Origin: Camelus ferus
Taxonomy: Eukaryota
Reading direction: 5' to 3'
NCBI RefSeq assembly: GCF_009834535.1
Contig: NC_045698.1
Coordinates: 9,488,001 to 9,552,000 of the forward strand
Length of the DNA: 64,000 bases
Part shown: positions 39,448 to 53,987 of the stretch, piece by piece
How positions within the stretch are numbered: position 1 is the first letter of the stretch
Layout of the letters: every line of letters begins with the position of its first letter
Made by a program: the position numbers and the translations under genes
Notes under the pieces: model-generated
What the model was told of the DNA's origin: nothing
The model's input: only the letters and a program-made list of their open reading frames with translations
Database searches by the model: none

Positions 39448-42400
39448 GATCCTAAGCCAGTAAATATTCCAGAGTGTACAATAGCATTTTAGTTGATTCT
39501 TTTTATTTATTCTCACTTTACATCACAACATATTTTTTTAAAGTATCCATAACTTGTAAATAAGGATAAAGGAAAGCCAGCATCATGAAGTATTTTAAGA
39601 TTCACCCAAGGACAATTTAATTTCTAAGGGAATGTTTGTGTGACCTACTATCTTCTATTGCTTACAAAGTCCTAGATATATGAAGTTAGTTATGAAATTG
39701 TAGCTTTTTGTCAGTAAAGATGCAAATGTTATCTCTAAACAGAAAATAAAACTCCTAAGGTTATGTTTTTATTGTCTTTTGGGATATTAATCTATAAATT
39801 ATAGAAATTAGAATGTCCTATAGAATAACAATATTATTTTAACACTCCATTTCCTTTTTAAATGCCCATACATACCCCGTTCCTCAAATATTATTTGAAC
39901 CAGCTTTGAACAGCCCTGCAATTCCCTCATTTATGAATAAAATAATTTTGGATGCAAGTTCATTATCTACTTCTATAAGAGTCACGTTGACTTTTTAAAT
40001 TTTGAAAATTTAACTTTGACTCATCATCTGAACAACAAAAAATAACTTTAGAGGAAAAAAAAACTAATATCTTAGCCACCAGCCACTGTAGGTAATGTGA
40101 AACTAGCTTTTGCAAAGAGAGGGTGCTTTAAGATTCCAAGGCAGTCATAAAGTCTCAGAATGCCATCCACAAGTTCTAGAATTTAAATGCAATAGTCCAC
40201 GGCTGGGTGGTATCTAATGTAAGATGTTGAGCATTTCCATCATTTCTATAACCACAAAAACATATTTTCTGATGAATTCTTGTATTTGACAAATAATATC
40301 ATTTAGCTGCCTTTGCTAGAGAGGTTTGACTTTCAAATCATAATGCCAGTATTTTATAACAATAGATACCTCTTACGCCTCTTTTCCTTCTGAAAGAATT
40401 TTAGCCTCACAAATATATCCCATATATCACTCCAGGCCATGGCAGAGTCAGACAGGTAATAGTGGTAGGCAATAAACTGAAGAAGGTAATAATCTGAGGT
40501 AGGTAATGCCATGGAGCTGGTGAAAACTGTGTCACACCTGAGTCACCTCTGCTATATGTATCATTAGATCTTCCCTTTGATGGGACCAGCCCCACACAAA
40601 CTCGGGATCTCAGTCCATCTCCATCAAAACCAGCCTTTGAAAGAACAAACAGGACCTCATCTGAGTCTCATACTGATTTAAGTCAGTATTTTGTCAGATT
40701 CTCCGGGCCATTTTAAAGCCTTGTTTAACATGTTGAAATGAAATGCTTGTTTTTCTCACTTAATGCATGTGGGGGTAACTAAGTCATCAGTGAAAGTTTT
40801 GGAAGTCCAGGCAATTACAACGCTGACAATCACCCACTCTGTCTATGCACCCTATTTCTCATCTCTACTCCCACCCCAACCTACTCTTCCCCCGAGAAGG
40901 TGATTTTCAGACTTAAGGTGAGGTCTTGTACCTAATTCCATATTCATAAAAACCTCATTATAGTCCTTCACACTTGACTGTTAATAAACCCATATGTGCT
41001 CCCTCCCCCTGAGGCTGCCAAATAATCATTCCCTTGTCAACTTCTTTCTAAAATAAGTCCTACGTATGATTGCAGGATTGTTGGGATATCAAGTCCACAT
41101 GAGTTGGGATGGATTTTGGAACTGGGACCTTCCCTGACTTTCTGCTTCCCACTTGGCCTACAATGATTTTTAAACTAATCTTTATGGCTCTCTCTAGATA
41201 TCTTATTCAGTAGCCACCATTTCATTTAACCATTAATTAGATATGAGAGGATAGGCATGAAACAGATGTCTTGTTTTCTATTTTTCACATATTCTTTTTT
41301 ATGGCAAATTCCTCCAGTTTTGAAAAAAAATGTTAGGTAAGGGAAAATGTTCTGGGATGTAAAATTATAAGGAATCAACTGATGTGTAAAAATCAAAATA
41401 GTAACTAATGACTCTAAGGTTGTTCGACAAAACATTATCATTCTCGTCTACTTAATGGTGAATTTTTGGCTTTATTTAACTTCACACAGTTTAGGAGTAA
41501 CTTCTCTCCTCTTCATTTTAGGAATCAGGAATCTAGATGTGTTGACATGAAGGATGCTTTGATGTTTTTCAAATAGCCTCTCTCAGGGAATAATTGTCAA
41601 ATAAAGGACATTACAGTCACAATAGCATGGATTACTGTATTCTGACTTCCTCGCTTAATTCAGTAAGATAAAAAGTACACAAAATAACTGCAGTTTTATT
41701 TAACAGTTGTACAAACTCTAAACTTCAGAGGTGAATATATGACTTATCCATGAAAAATTCAGTGTGTGAAATGATAGCATCATTATTTTAAAAATAAATA
41801 AAAGAATTTAGTTTATTTTATTTAAAATAATTTCCTTTATGGATTTAAAATAGTCTTAGTTTTGCAGTGCCCTAGCTCAGATAAAGACAGATTTACATGT
41901 CTTCATGACATTTTTAGATTTATCTTTGTCATGGATTTCCTTGGCCAACATCTCTTCTAGAGCTCTTTTGCCTATTTAAAAAATGTTTTATTATTGTACT
42001 AATTTGATTTCCTTAATGAAGGACAAAGTCCGCCATCTACCCAATTAGAAAGTATCTTTTCTTTTTGTGGAGAGTACTCAAAAAATAAAGTGGATTTTTC
42101 ATTGGCTTCTCCCATAGCGTGACATCCCAAACATCCCAGAGCAAAATGCTAGCTATTTAAGCAATTCTGTCATGTTTGAAAAATGAGCCTTTGCCTTAGT
42201 AACTTAAAGAAAGGGAGAATTTGTCACCTACCAGTATTCTTTTATCATGGTGTTTCTGCATCATTTATCTTGTTGCTTGTCAACTTCTTTATATATATAT
42301 ATAGAATCCTTATCATCACCAAATGACAATTATGGTTTTAATTGAGCGTAGAGGTGTTGAAAGTCTGTTGCAATAAACGAGCTGAACTTTTCACAGATCT

Positions 42401-42984
42401 TATGAAAGATTCATATTAGATACAGTTTGCACAGGCAAAAAGTATGCATGTGACTTTTGCACATTAAATGTGGTCGGAAGCAAGTTATGTTAATAAGGGA
42501 TAGTAATTTTTCTACTTACCTATTCCAAATCAAGCATGTATTGAGAACTAAGCTAATAAAAAGACTAATGATCAATGAGGAACTAGAGTATTAAACTGAC
42601 TTTTGGTTAATGAACAATATCTGTCAATGAAGGACTAATCTAGACCCATGAGAGAGCTGAAGCCTTGAGAGCATAAAGATCCAAAACCTAGCTCCACCAG
42701 CTCTTGATGTATGGTCCTGGGCATGTTGCATTATTAGGCAATAATTTTCTGTCCCTTGGACCAAATGCTAAGTGGGATTCCTGCCTAGTTACCACCACAT
42801 AATATTCATATGAATATGTGTGAGTGGGACCTCCAAGGAGGGGCTCATGATGGTCTATTCTGGGCAAATGCAGAACTGGATAGCTCGAAAGTCCTTACAA
42901 ATAAAGCAAAGGCCCCCGAGGCTGGTTCTTCTCACTTGAATTTGTCCTCCACCACCCAACCCCTCACACAAACACCTACAACCT

Positions 42985-43200
42985 CCACCCTCATAGTACC
43001 CTGAGTCATTTATTCTTGGTACGTATTACAATTTGGAAATGTTTATGTGGGATTATTTGATAAATGTCTGCTCTCCACAAGGCTATAAGCCACTGAAAGA
43101 CGTGGATCCCATCTGTCCTTTTGTTTATTATCCTATCTTATACCTACCAGAGGGCTGGACACATTTTAAGAATTCAGTAAATGCTTCTTTGAGTGAGAAA
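42985..43200 (+). mobile_element. LINE-2 3' tail
   Basis: aatgtctgctctccacaaggctataagccactgaaagac...gggctggacac...tcagtaaatgcttctttgagtga. Confidence 0.7.
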
Positions 43201-43379
43201 GAAACTGAATAAGTTACTGAGTAAAAATCAATGGCTTTTACTCAGACTTTAAGATATGAAGATACTTAATGCTCATCAATATTCAGTGCTGTCATAAATC
43301 ACAACTCTAACCCATTTCTCATCTTACATCTCAGCATTTATTATTTGCTTTCTCTTTCTGTCTAAAAGTAGATATTTGA

Positions 43380-44410
43380 CAAAGACCTGCCTTAATCTTC
43401 TTTTTACTCTCTATCTACACAGCTCTTTTCTGTGATATCATTCATGTCTAGAGCATCAACTATCTCCACTTGCTGATGACTTATGAATATTTATCTGCAA
43501 TTGGACCTCCAAGCTAAACTGAGTTTTGATTTATTCATTTGTACTGAGATGCATTTGGACTGAATTATGCCTATGACCTCTTTCTCCTCTAAAACAATAC
43601 CTCAAATTCAGCAAGTCTGCTGTGGACTCCTTCCTAAAACTATTTTTACTTAATTCCCTTTTGCTCTCAATAGCATTTCTGTTCTCCATTCCCTGCCACA
43701 ATTAGATCTGAGGCTCTCCTTTGATCTTCTTTCTATTACTGCAGCAGTCTCCTAATTTTTCTTCTTACTTTCAGTCTGCACACTCTCTAAACTAACTTTC
43801 AATGATTACCTGTTTTATCTTTAAAAAAAAAAAAAAAAGAAAGACGTTTTTGAATATATAACTTCCTTGCTCAAAATATTTTATCTGCTCTAAGTTTGTC
43901 ACCAACTTTACAAACACCACAGCATAGTATTCCAAATCAGCCAAATGTAGTCTCAATCTGTCTTTCTGGTCTTACCTTCTACCTCTTTTATGTATATATC
44001 ATATATTTTAGCTAATTCGTTGGGTACACACTTGTTGAGCATAAGCTCTCTTCTCTACTGTAATGGTTTTCTCATAATCTTCCCTCTTTCTAGAAGTCCA
44101 TTCTCTTTCCATTTGTTAATGTAGCTCTATGGTTTAATTATATGCTTGAATTCAACCTCCTGTCTGAAACTTTAGTTGGTAAATCCTTTCAGTCAATCAA
44201 GATTCATCTCTGCTTCTTCCAGAAAATTATGTTTAATTCTCAAATACTTATTTCTTGTAGGTATGATATATCCATGTTAAAACCTAACATCTGACACTAA
44301 ATTGTGTGCTTTTGTGAGTAGGAATTTCATATTTGAATAATCTTGAAATCCCTGGCTCAGTGCCAGTCATATAGTAGATAGTCAATAAACAGTGAATAAC
44401 AAAATAAATA
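43380..44410 (+). mobile_element. LINE-2, highly degraded
   Basis: tatctccacttgctgatgactt...acctcaaattcagcaagtc...actgcagcagtctcctaat...ccctggctcagtgccagtcatatagtagatagtcaataaa. Confidence 0.55.
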
Positions 44411-46884
44411 ACTGATAAATAAATGTAATTGTGTAGGAAGAGGAGGTTCTGATCCTGATAAAAATTATTTTTGTATGTACTGAACAATCCCAAATTTTCT
44501 TTCTAATTAATTAAGTAATCTTGGGGAAGTCAAAATGAATTAAATTAATTAATATTTAAAATCCAGTCCATCGTGAAATTTCTTTGAACACCTGTCAATA
44601 GCTTTCAGTGAATACTAACAACTCATAAACATTATCAGAGACAAAGCTAGTAAATTCTAAAGGGACCATGCTCGGTTCTCTTTAATTAATAAGTAAAATA
44701 AGAAAAAATAATCCAAATTATTTCTTCTTGTTGGGTAACTTTTATATGCTCCCAGACCAAGGGACTTTCTAAGTGAGTAGGTAACACTCACCTCGCACAT
44801 TGAAACGTGTCAGCTGTCTAGAAAATCATACCACAGCTATCTGCAGGACTGATCTGTCTAAGAATGACTGATCACTTGGCTCTCTTCAAGGTAGATGATT
44901 GACTTTACAGGAAATCATGATCTTAGAGCTGTCGGCCAAATCTTTTCTACCTTGATTTGGTCTCTTCTGACAGTCCCCGATGAATCAGTACTACATAGCT
45001 GCCCTGATATACAAATTACAATGCTATATTTCTCCTGGCTTACCAGTCTCCCAGAGGATGGCTAAGTTCCCAACCCAATTCCTTATGATTTTACATCATC
45101 AAACCACAACCATAGTAAACTCAATGTAAAATTACCTAGCAAAATATGACCTATAATTACATGTACATATATTTTAATGTAATGCATCTTTTTAAAACTC
45201 TCAGAGTTTCTAAGTACAGCACTAACATGTGGACTTACCTAGATGTCAACATCTTTCCCCAAGCTTGGAAACTGAAGGGATGGCTAGAAACATAGATTCT
45301 TTGTGGAAAGTATAACATTATCTTTTCTTTACCTATATTGCTTTCAACCTAGGCATTCTATATATCTAGTCGGACTCCCAGAATTTGGTCTATTTTCAGA
45401 TAGATAGAACTTTCTTAAACTTTGCTATCTTTGATTCAGCAAAATAGTTCAACATCTTAAAAGTACTTAAGTTGCAAAGTATAAAATTAACCTAAATGTT
45501 AAGCAATTATCAATAACTCCACTTGCTGCTAATGTAAAATAAGTCCAAAATTAAAGAATGTGTCAATCTTTTTAAAGATTAAAGACTCTATAGAAGTATA
45601 CACATGCTTCCATGATTATACTACAAAAACTCAAGATGTGATGGTTTCTGGAGAATGTGGTTTTGCTTCCAGAAAATTTTGAAAGGGAAAAAAAGCAGGG
45701 GTATGGTTTATGAAAAACCGTAATTCTTAATAAAATATTATCTGCAGCTTGAATATATGGCTAAAATGATGTGCCTTCAGTATTTTACTGATGCAGTTTC
45801 TAACAAGCCCAAGATTTCTACTTATCTAGTGTACCACTGTTTGACTTATTTATTACTACTGATCAGGCCAAGAGTGAGGCTTGCAGAAGATTAATAAGTT
45901 ATAAAACATTTTGGCTGCTAGAGATGCAAATTATTGTCATCTGTTAGAAAAGATAACAATAAAGGTTATAATTTTATTGCTCTGCAGGACATTGATCATT
46001 TTTTTATCTTATCTAGCAATCTTATTCCAGCATTATTTATTCTACAACTATCTGTATGTCATTTTTTTTTTTCTAAATTGGCTTTACCATCCTGCTGGTT
46101 TCTTCACTAATAAATTAAATAACAATCTGATACATACTTTTTATATATTTGAATGCAAATCATATTGCTAGCTTTTGAAATTTATACCTTAACACAATTA
46201 CTATAAAAAGTTATCTAAAATTTAGGCTGTTCCAATGAGGCAAACAGACTTGGGCCATTGAGTCCACTCAGTCAATCATTCCTTGCATGCACTCCTGTCC
46301 ATTCATTAGCCTGCTATGGAAAATAATTATAGGGGTCTACAACGGCTCCCCTCAACTAGGTATGCTTTTGTGAAACCAGATTATATTATCTTCATAGCTA
46401 AATTGTTTCCTTCTCCTAAATTAGAGCCATTGGTATGAGAATCAGTGACTTTTATGTGACATGAATAGGAAACATGAATATTCCATCCAAAAGACGCACT
46501 GTTATCAGGTGACAGGAAGAACCATGACTGGATGGTAGTTCATGAGATGAGCCCCACAGTGCCTGGAATCCTCCGAGCCAGGCACTGAAGCTCTGGAGAG
46601 ACAAATGTGAGATTCTGCACTGATTTTAAAGCTAATATGTTAAAGTGACATTTTAATTTTATGAAGCTATGCATAGTCTTAGTGAACTAGTTAAAATAAT
46701 TAGAACCACATTAGTGATGCTATTAATGACTAATCACAACCCACACTTACTGAATAAATGAAAACTGATTGGAAAAATTTATAAATGTGAGTGAATGCAG
46801 TTTTTTATGAGAAGCCTTTTTTAATCTTTGTTTTAGTTTTGTAGCTGTTTTCTGTTTTTTAACCCATCCACTTTCTTTCCTTTT

Positions 46885-48352
46885 CCATCTTGATTGATGT
46901 ATAACTTGACATATAAAATTGTGAGATATTTTCATGGTGATTTGATACGTGTGTATATTGTGAATGGATTCCCACCACTCAGTTAATTAACGTATCCATC
47001 ACCTCACATATTTATCTTTTGTGTGTGTGTGTGAGGGAACATTTAAGTTCTATGCTCTTAACAAATTTCCATTATATAATACATTGTCATCAACTGTAGT
47101 CAGCATGTTTTACAATAGATCCTCAACTTCACTCATCTGATAGCTGAAAGTTTGTAGCTTTTTACCAACCTCTCCCTATTTCCCCCAGCCTAGAGACCCT
47201 GGCCATTACTTTTCCACACCCTGTCTCTATGAGCTTGACTCTTTTTTTTTTTTCCTTTTGTTCCACACATGTGATACTGAGCAGTATTTGTTGTTCTCTG
47301 AGGCTTATTTGACTTAATATAATACCCTCAAGTTCCATCCTTGTTGTCAAAAATGGGAGGATTTCTTTATTTCTTTCTTATACAATAATTCTCCATTGTG
47401 TGTATTTGTGGATAGATAGATAAATAGATAGATAGCTAGCTAGCTAGCTAGCTAGCTAGCTAGCACATTTTCTTATCCATTCATCTGTTGAAGGACAATT
47501 AGTTTGCTTCCATATTTTGGCTATTATAAATAATGCTTCAATGAACTTTGGAGTGTATACAGCATTTCAATTAGTGGGGGCTTTTTTAGGCAAATATGCA
47601 GAAGTGGGATTGCTGGATTATATAGCAGTTCTATTTTTAATTATTTGAGGACCCACCATACTGTTTTCCATAGTGATCATACCAATTTACATTCTTGCCA
47701 ACAGTGCACAGGGTTCCCTTTTACCTACATCCTCACCAACACTTGTTATTTGTTGTCTTTTTGATGACAGCCTTTCTAACAGGTGTGAGGTAATACCTCA
47801 TTGTAGTTTTGATTTACATTCTCTGATGATCAGTGTTGTTGAACATCTTTCTATGTACCTGTTGTTCATTTATATGTCTTCTTTGGAAAAATGTCCATCA
47901 GCTCCTCTGCCCATTTTTCAATCAGATTGCTTGGAATTCTTTGCTTTTGAGTTGTATGAGTTATTCATATATTTGGGATAGTAATCCCTTATCAGATATG
48001 TGACTTGCAGATAATTTCTCCCATTCTGTAGGTTGCCTTTCCATTCTGTTGATGGTTTACTTAGCCATGCAGAAGATTTTCAGTTTAATATCATTCCACA
48101 TATTTATTTTACTTTTGTTGTCTTCACTTTTGGTGTCAAATCCAAAAAGTCTTTGCCGAGACCTATGTCAAGGAGCTTATCCCCGCTATGTTTTCTTCTA
48201 GGAGTTTTATGGTTTCAGGTGTTCTGTTCAAGTCTTTAATTAATTTTGTGTTGACTTTTTATGTGGTGCAAGATAGGGATCCAGTTTCATTCTTTTGTAT
48301 GTGGCAGTCCAGTTTCCCCAACAGCATTTATTCCCATTGTATATTCTTGGCT
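46885..48352 (-). mobile_element. 5'-truncated LINE-1 (L1MA9-like)
   Basis: 3' UTR atattgtgaatggattcccacc...ttaattaacgtatccatcacctcacata; antisense ORF2 (aggtgtgaggtaatacctcattgtagttttgattt, tttggtgtcaaatccaaaaag). Confidence 0.92.
47411..47464. repeat. Compound microsatellite (GATA)n-(TAGC)8
   Basis: gatagatagataaatagatagatagctagctagctagctagctagctagctagc. Confidence 0.95.
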
Positions 48353-50559
48353 GCAATAAGCTTTTTTTAAATGTAGGGGTTTTTTTTTAATAACAAATGT
48401 ATTGTAGCCTCAAAGTTAATAACCTTTATTATTAATTATTATTGTTAATCATCTTTGTAACCATTAAACAGATCTTTTCCTGTTATAAAGAAACCTCCTT
48501 GTCTTGCTTGGTAAATAGTCTTAGAAAAAGAACTTGAATTTATGAGGACAAGATATGCAACAAGTAGATATATACATTTGATTTAAATTTATGACAAGAT
48601 AAAAATATTGGAGAATTATTGTATCTGTTTGATGTAATAAGATAAGTAACAAAGCAGTGTGTCAGCAACCTCCTATTTCTTTAAGATTATTTACTAACAA
48701 ATATTAGGCTAGCTGACAAAAATGACAGACTCTGTTTCCACTAAATTTCTATACAAGGCAAAATTTAGAATGTTGGCATACAATTTTTTTATTCTCAGCT
48801 AAAATACATAATATATTTTCTATAAATTCTTGAAAATTGTATTTCTTTATTGACCATATATCAGATACAAACAGAATACCAAGCTTATATATAGATTTAT
48901 ATTTTTGCATGTTTAAATAGAATATCATTTCTTCATGTGAAGAAGTCCACACCCTTCCTTGCCTGCACCAGAAAAATCTGTGCTCTGATTCTTCTGTCTC
49001 TTTCCCAAATCTGCCTATTTCTTTTGTGTATAAGGCCTCTACCAACTTCAAAAGAATGTAGATGAATCATTCAGGGAAGTAGAGAAGAATGAGAATCAAG
49101 TCCAGGGGCACTAAAGAATTTACTAGAATAGCAAGTTGATCGAGGAGCGGAAGAGTCAAAACATCATTTCTTAGCAAAAAATTTAAGGAAATGAGGACAT
49201 GTGCATTAGTAGGCACCGTCAAATCTCATTTAGAAAGAATTAATTTGTTACTTACAGTCAGGTAAAGACTAAAGGAAAGTTCACCTTTGAAATGTGCTCA
49301 GGAAAATCTACTCAGCTAGCAAAAGGATAGAATAAACAAGACTGGAAGAAACTCAAGAGAAAAATGTCTTTCAAACACATCAGTAACTTTCACCTCTTTG
49401 TCCAATAAATGTTCTGTACCAGTAAGTGGAGCATCATACCAGTGACCAGCCTTGCTTAACTGCTGCTTTGATGTGTATATCATGAATCAACCAGCATTAT
49501 TTATTTATAATAAATTGAGCAAGACCTCAACAAGGCAACAATTTGTTGCTATGTAATCTTGACCCCTTACCTAAATAGTACGCAATTAAATTTAAAAATG
49601 GTGAAATCTAAATATAAATTCTTTTTAATAGAGGTCCCAATAACAATACAAAAATTTTTGTAAGACCCTTAACAAATACTTTCTTATTATCACCTAAAGA
49701 ATACATCTGATTGTAAAAACATTTTTTAAAAATTATAAATATAACAAGACAGGCAAAACTCATCTGAAACCATACAACCCTGTGATTTTAGTAATAATCC
49801 TATCATAAATATGTCTTTGCATATACAAGTAAGTAATCTGCAATTCTGAAATAAAAAATATTAAAAACAGAATTTTTATACAAACCATTTGTGACAAATC
49901 CTGATAAGTCCTACCATGAACTAGTATATGCTCATCGTTCTTTTCATTAATATAATATTTATACATTTCACAGCAAAAATATTTATGTACTTCATGGTGG
50001 CACGTTGCTTCAAGCACTTCTTCAAGTGTGAAATAACATGATGTTCCCTTTCTAAAATCTGAAACCTACAGAATTTTGAAACACATCTGGTCCCACTGAT
50101 TTCAGATAAGGGATCATGGAGTGATATACAATCAGATATGTAATTTTACATAATTGGGTTGTTATTATACCTGATTCCTTTTACATTTTTATTCTTCTGA
50201 GATATCAACACTTATCCTAGCTATTTGTGGAAAATCTTCTCTAATATAGATAAATTTAAAATTTTTAGAATGTTATTAAAATACTTCTCTCTCTCCAGGC
50301 TATATTTAAATCTAGTTGTTGTAATTATTTTTGTCATTAATATACAATGCACAAAGAAAAAATAACTACGAGACATTTCCTCTATTAGAAAAGTATTTTA
50401 AATGTATGCCTGGTAAATGTGGACCTTAATTAAATTGAGAAAATCTTGTAGCAATCCAGCCATTCTTTAGATGAAGATCCAAGATTTCATAAAATACTTG
50501 ATTATCTTTTCTTTAAAAGAAGTAACTCAGGATAAAAATGGGTAGGATTTGCAATAATG

Positions 50560-51060
50560 ATGACATAAAGAGGTCTGGCAATTCAACCATCAGGTAATAA
50601 AACTTGAACAATGTTCAAAGTGGCAATTTGAAATCAATAGAATATGACCAAAGTGAAAAGAAACTTGAAAAGAATTTATACCAGAAAGACACCTATTTCA
50701 TTAAGTAAGAGTTGCGGGCCTATGACTTGTTAGCCTGGAAGCACTCCCCCATTTCACCCAGCTGTGACAGCAGAAAACTGCAGTTGTACTTTGACGTGAT
50801 AGATGATAAAGCTCAGGGCATCAGGGCAGATGAATAGAATATTAAAAGAAAATATCCTGTAAGCCAGAAAACCTCAGAAGAGCTGAAGTCCAAAGTCTGA
50901 GTACAAACCCCCCCTACGTCAACTCCCCAGCCTCCCCACTCCACCCTCACCCCAGCCCTGCCTCCTCCCTGGGTGAATGTTAAACTACTATGTGTTTGTG
51001 CAGGAAGCTTAGAATGCCAGCAGTAAAGCAGACAGAAAGCAGAGAATGGTCAGTTTAAAG
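50560..51060 (+). mobile_element. Possible old LINE-1 5' region (L1MD/ME-type)
   Basis: gcagaaaactgcag...agagctgaagtccaaagtctgagtacaaacc...taaactactatgtg resembles old L1M 5' ends; weak. Confidence 0.4.
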
Positions 51061-51230
51061 ACAGACCTGCTCCTGGTTAAATTTGCAAATTTTTTCCAGT
51101 ATCCAGCACAGTGCCTGGCACGATAGTTCCTCAATAAATATCTAATGAAAGAGACCATTATGAATATACCTAGAGAACATGGATTCTCCAGGAAGCACAT
51201 AAGGGGACTTGTACCAAAACAAATCTATAA

Positions 51231-51410
51231 ATAACTATATATATACTGTATATATAACTAAATATTAACTATATATAAACTATATATTAACTGTATATAT
51301 AACTAAATATTAACTATATATGTAACTATATATATATATCTGAATCATTTTGCTGTACACCTGAAATGAACACAATATTATAAATCAGCTATATTTCAAT
51401 TTTTTAATAT
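51231..51410 (+). mobile_element. Extreme 3' end of an artiodactyl-type L1, preceded by a TA-rich minisatellite
   Basis: ctgaatcattttgctgtacacctgaaatgaacacaatattataaatcagctatatttcaat; upstream two copies of actgtatatataactaaatattaactatatat. Confidence 0.8.
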
Positions 51411-52664
51411 AAAAAAGTAAATGTAACTGACAATAACTTTGCAAGAAACAAGTAACATGTACTTGAAACAATAACATAACCACCAAACCCAGGATATAGA
51501 ATTTCTTTGGATCCACGATATTAATACAATGCAGTGCCCCATCCCAGCCTTTTTAATGTACTCCAGTAACTTGCTAAGGAACTGGGTCATTTGTTCTCAG
51601 GATATTTCAAATTGTGAATTTGTCTGTTTTTCCCTTATGGTATCCTTATGGTATATTTTCACTTGTTCCTCAGTTCAGATAGTTTCCATGAAAGAGAAGT
51701 GAGTTCTGAAAGGTTGATTAGATTCTAGTGTCATCATTTTTTAACATAGCAGTTGCTATATATCTCATATTACATCATATCAAGAGGAATATAATATCTA
51801 GTTATGCTACTAAAATGAAGATAAATTGGTAGCTTCATATGGGCAAACCTGACCCCCTCATTAGAAAATTACCCATTAACATTTCACAAGTGGTTAATCC
51901 ATCCATGATCAAGGCTAAAGCCAAAACAGGGATTTTTCTATTTTGAGTATTTCTTTCACATTTATTAGATGAAATTGTTCTGTAAAGAAGTACTTTTCCT
52001 AATCAGAGTACTGAGCCTCTCTTACATACAATTCTAATAGGAAAGTCAGGGAAATTGCTTGAGTCTTTCTCTCTACAACTGTAATTGCCAAATTTCTAAA
52101 GAGTAAAGGGTTGGTTTCCTTGCCTCTCACTTTATTTGTTGTTTCACTCTTTTCTGTGCCTGTAACTCTCTTACTAATCTGACATGCTTGTCCCATCTTT
52201 TGTTCTATAACCAGATACATTCAGTGATTACCTCCAGAATTTACGCTAAAGTTTCTGCAGCTGTTTTGTGAATATTTGGCTGAAACCCATTCTAGTAGAG
52301 CCCTTGAGATAATCTCAGATGAAATTCTGAGTTCTTAATGCTCGTTTTCCTGTGATGTTGTTATACTCAAAATTGTGGCTAAATATAAAATCTTTGGTTC
52401 ATATTTTCTTCCTTTGCATAGCTTTAAAAATGTTGTGCCCTTAGGTTCCAGCAGAACATTTTGCTTTTGATATTTTATTTATGTTACTTGATTTTTTTTT
52501 TTTTGCCAAAAGATTTTTTTTAATCTATAATGTTCAACATTTTTCAGTGTTGATCAATCCAGGACAATATAATAATTTACTAGATGTATCTTGTGAATAT
52601 GTAGTTGTTTTATGCCACTAAATTCTGGTGTGGGTTGTTGAAAAGGAGTAGATATTAGAAACAC

Positions 52665-53987
52665 GGTTTTGTACCTGGAATGGGATGCTCTTAGTAAAAT
52701 AACTCAACTGAAAAAAAATTTTTTTCACTTTTCAGTTAGCATTTGGGGGAAATGTAAAAGATCTAGGACAGCCTTTCATTCCATGGAAATGTTCTCAAAG
52801 AAATAAATGGCCTTAGACCAGTATTTCTCAACCTCATTACTACTGACATTTTGGGATGGGTAATTATTGGTTGGTGGGGACTGGGTGCATTGTGAGATAT
52901 CTAACAGAATCTTTTATTTCTACCTATTAGATGCCAGCAGCACCTCCCCATTTGTGAAAACCAAAAATTTCTCCAGATATTGCCAAATGTACTCCTCTCC
53001 TCCTCCACTGAGGACCACTGGACTCAGGGAATCAGGACCTTGAAGATACTTCATTAAGATTTCAGAAAAAAAGGAAAAGCAATGCCTCACATGCCAACTC
53101 AGTAAATTGTTTTAAAAATCAAATAATCATAAGGGTATGTCTATTGGCCCTTCTAGAATAGACGATACTGCTTCCAAGGCTCTTTAAGGTTATTGTCCTA
53201 TGGCATCTTCACAAAGAACTCAAGACTGAGAAGGATGCATGTCGATATTCCTTGATATGGTTTTTGTCTAATGGAGTGGATTATAGATACATTTCAGAAA
53301 TATAGTGTTTTAAAATAATTGTACCAACTTGGATTGAAAGTGATGAAAATGTAATGAAATGAAAAGCAAAGAAAATGAAAACAAGATCCTTGGATCTGCC
53401 AATTTCTTCTGGTGGCAAGCAGACCAGGGAGACCACTCAGTTTCAAATATGAACATGGATGGAATAATCTAGACAAAGCCACAGAATTACAGGGCAGAAC
53501 CAAGAGTCTAGACCACAGAGTTAAGAATCACAGGAAATCTTTACTAGGGAGCAGGATTGAACCACAATTGAGTAACAGGTAACATGTCCAGCTGGATTGC
53601 AGAAATGCAATAGAACAGCAGCTTCTATGTGTCCTGGTTCACTGAAGCACTCTCCCTTGGAACCCAGAGCCACCAGGTACAATGTTTGACTTGTAGTCCT
53701 CAGGGTCTCCATGCTGGAGAGACAATGTGTAGGTCTTCCATCAAAAGTGCCAACTAACGCAAACTTTTGCCATCCTTGCCAAAAACAATGCCACTGTGGA
53801 CCCAGCGGACCAGCCCACTGACTAACTGAATGATGCATTATAAAATTTGCTGATGCCAAGTGATATGGAAAATTAGCACCACCCAAATTTGTGACTCAAA
53901 AAAATCATGACATACAACGAAGCCATTGTGTCTTGTGGCCCAAGCTCTGAGGGTGATTTGGTTAGCAGCTAAAAATAATCAGAACAC
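52665..53987 (+). mobile_element. MaLR internal sequence + partial 3' LTR (MLT1F/H-like), interrupted by MER20
   Basis: atggtttttgtctaatggagtggattata...ccagctggattgcagaaatgcaatagaacagc...; LTR-like end ctgagggtgatttggttagcagctaaaaataatcagaaca. Confidence 0.6.
52819..53020 (+). mobile_element. MER20 hAT-Charlie MITE
   Basis: cagtatttctcaacctc...actgacattttggg...tagatgccagcagcacctcccc...tctccagatattgccaaatgt...tgaggaccactg (degenerate TIRs). Confidence 0.9.

Noticed and set aside
51231..51340. Repeated ~32-bp units that might mimic a CRISPR array
   Set aside because: TA-rich slippage minisatellite in an L1 3' UTR; no unique spacers; mammalian DNA
52705..52740. Nested inverted repeat aactgaaaaaaaattttttt...ttttcagtt (terminator-like)
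   Set aside because: Low-complexity A/T runs in a eukaryotic repeat; no functional meaning implied
53521..53886. 121-aa minus-strand ORF
   Set aside because: Antisense to MaLR internal/LTR sequence; no recognisable homology
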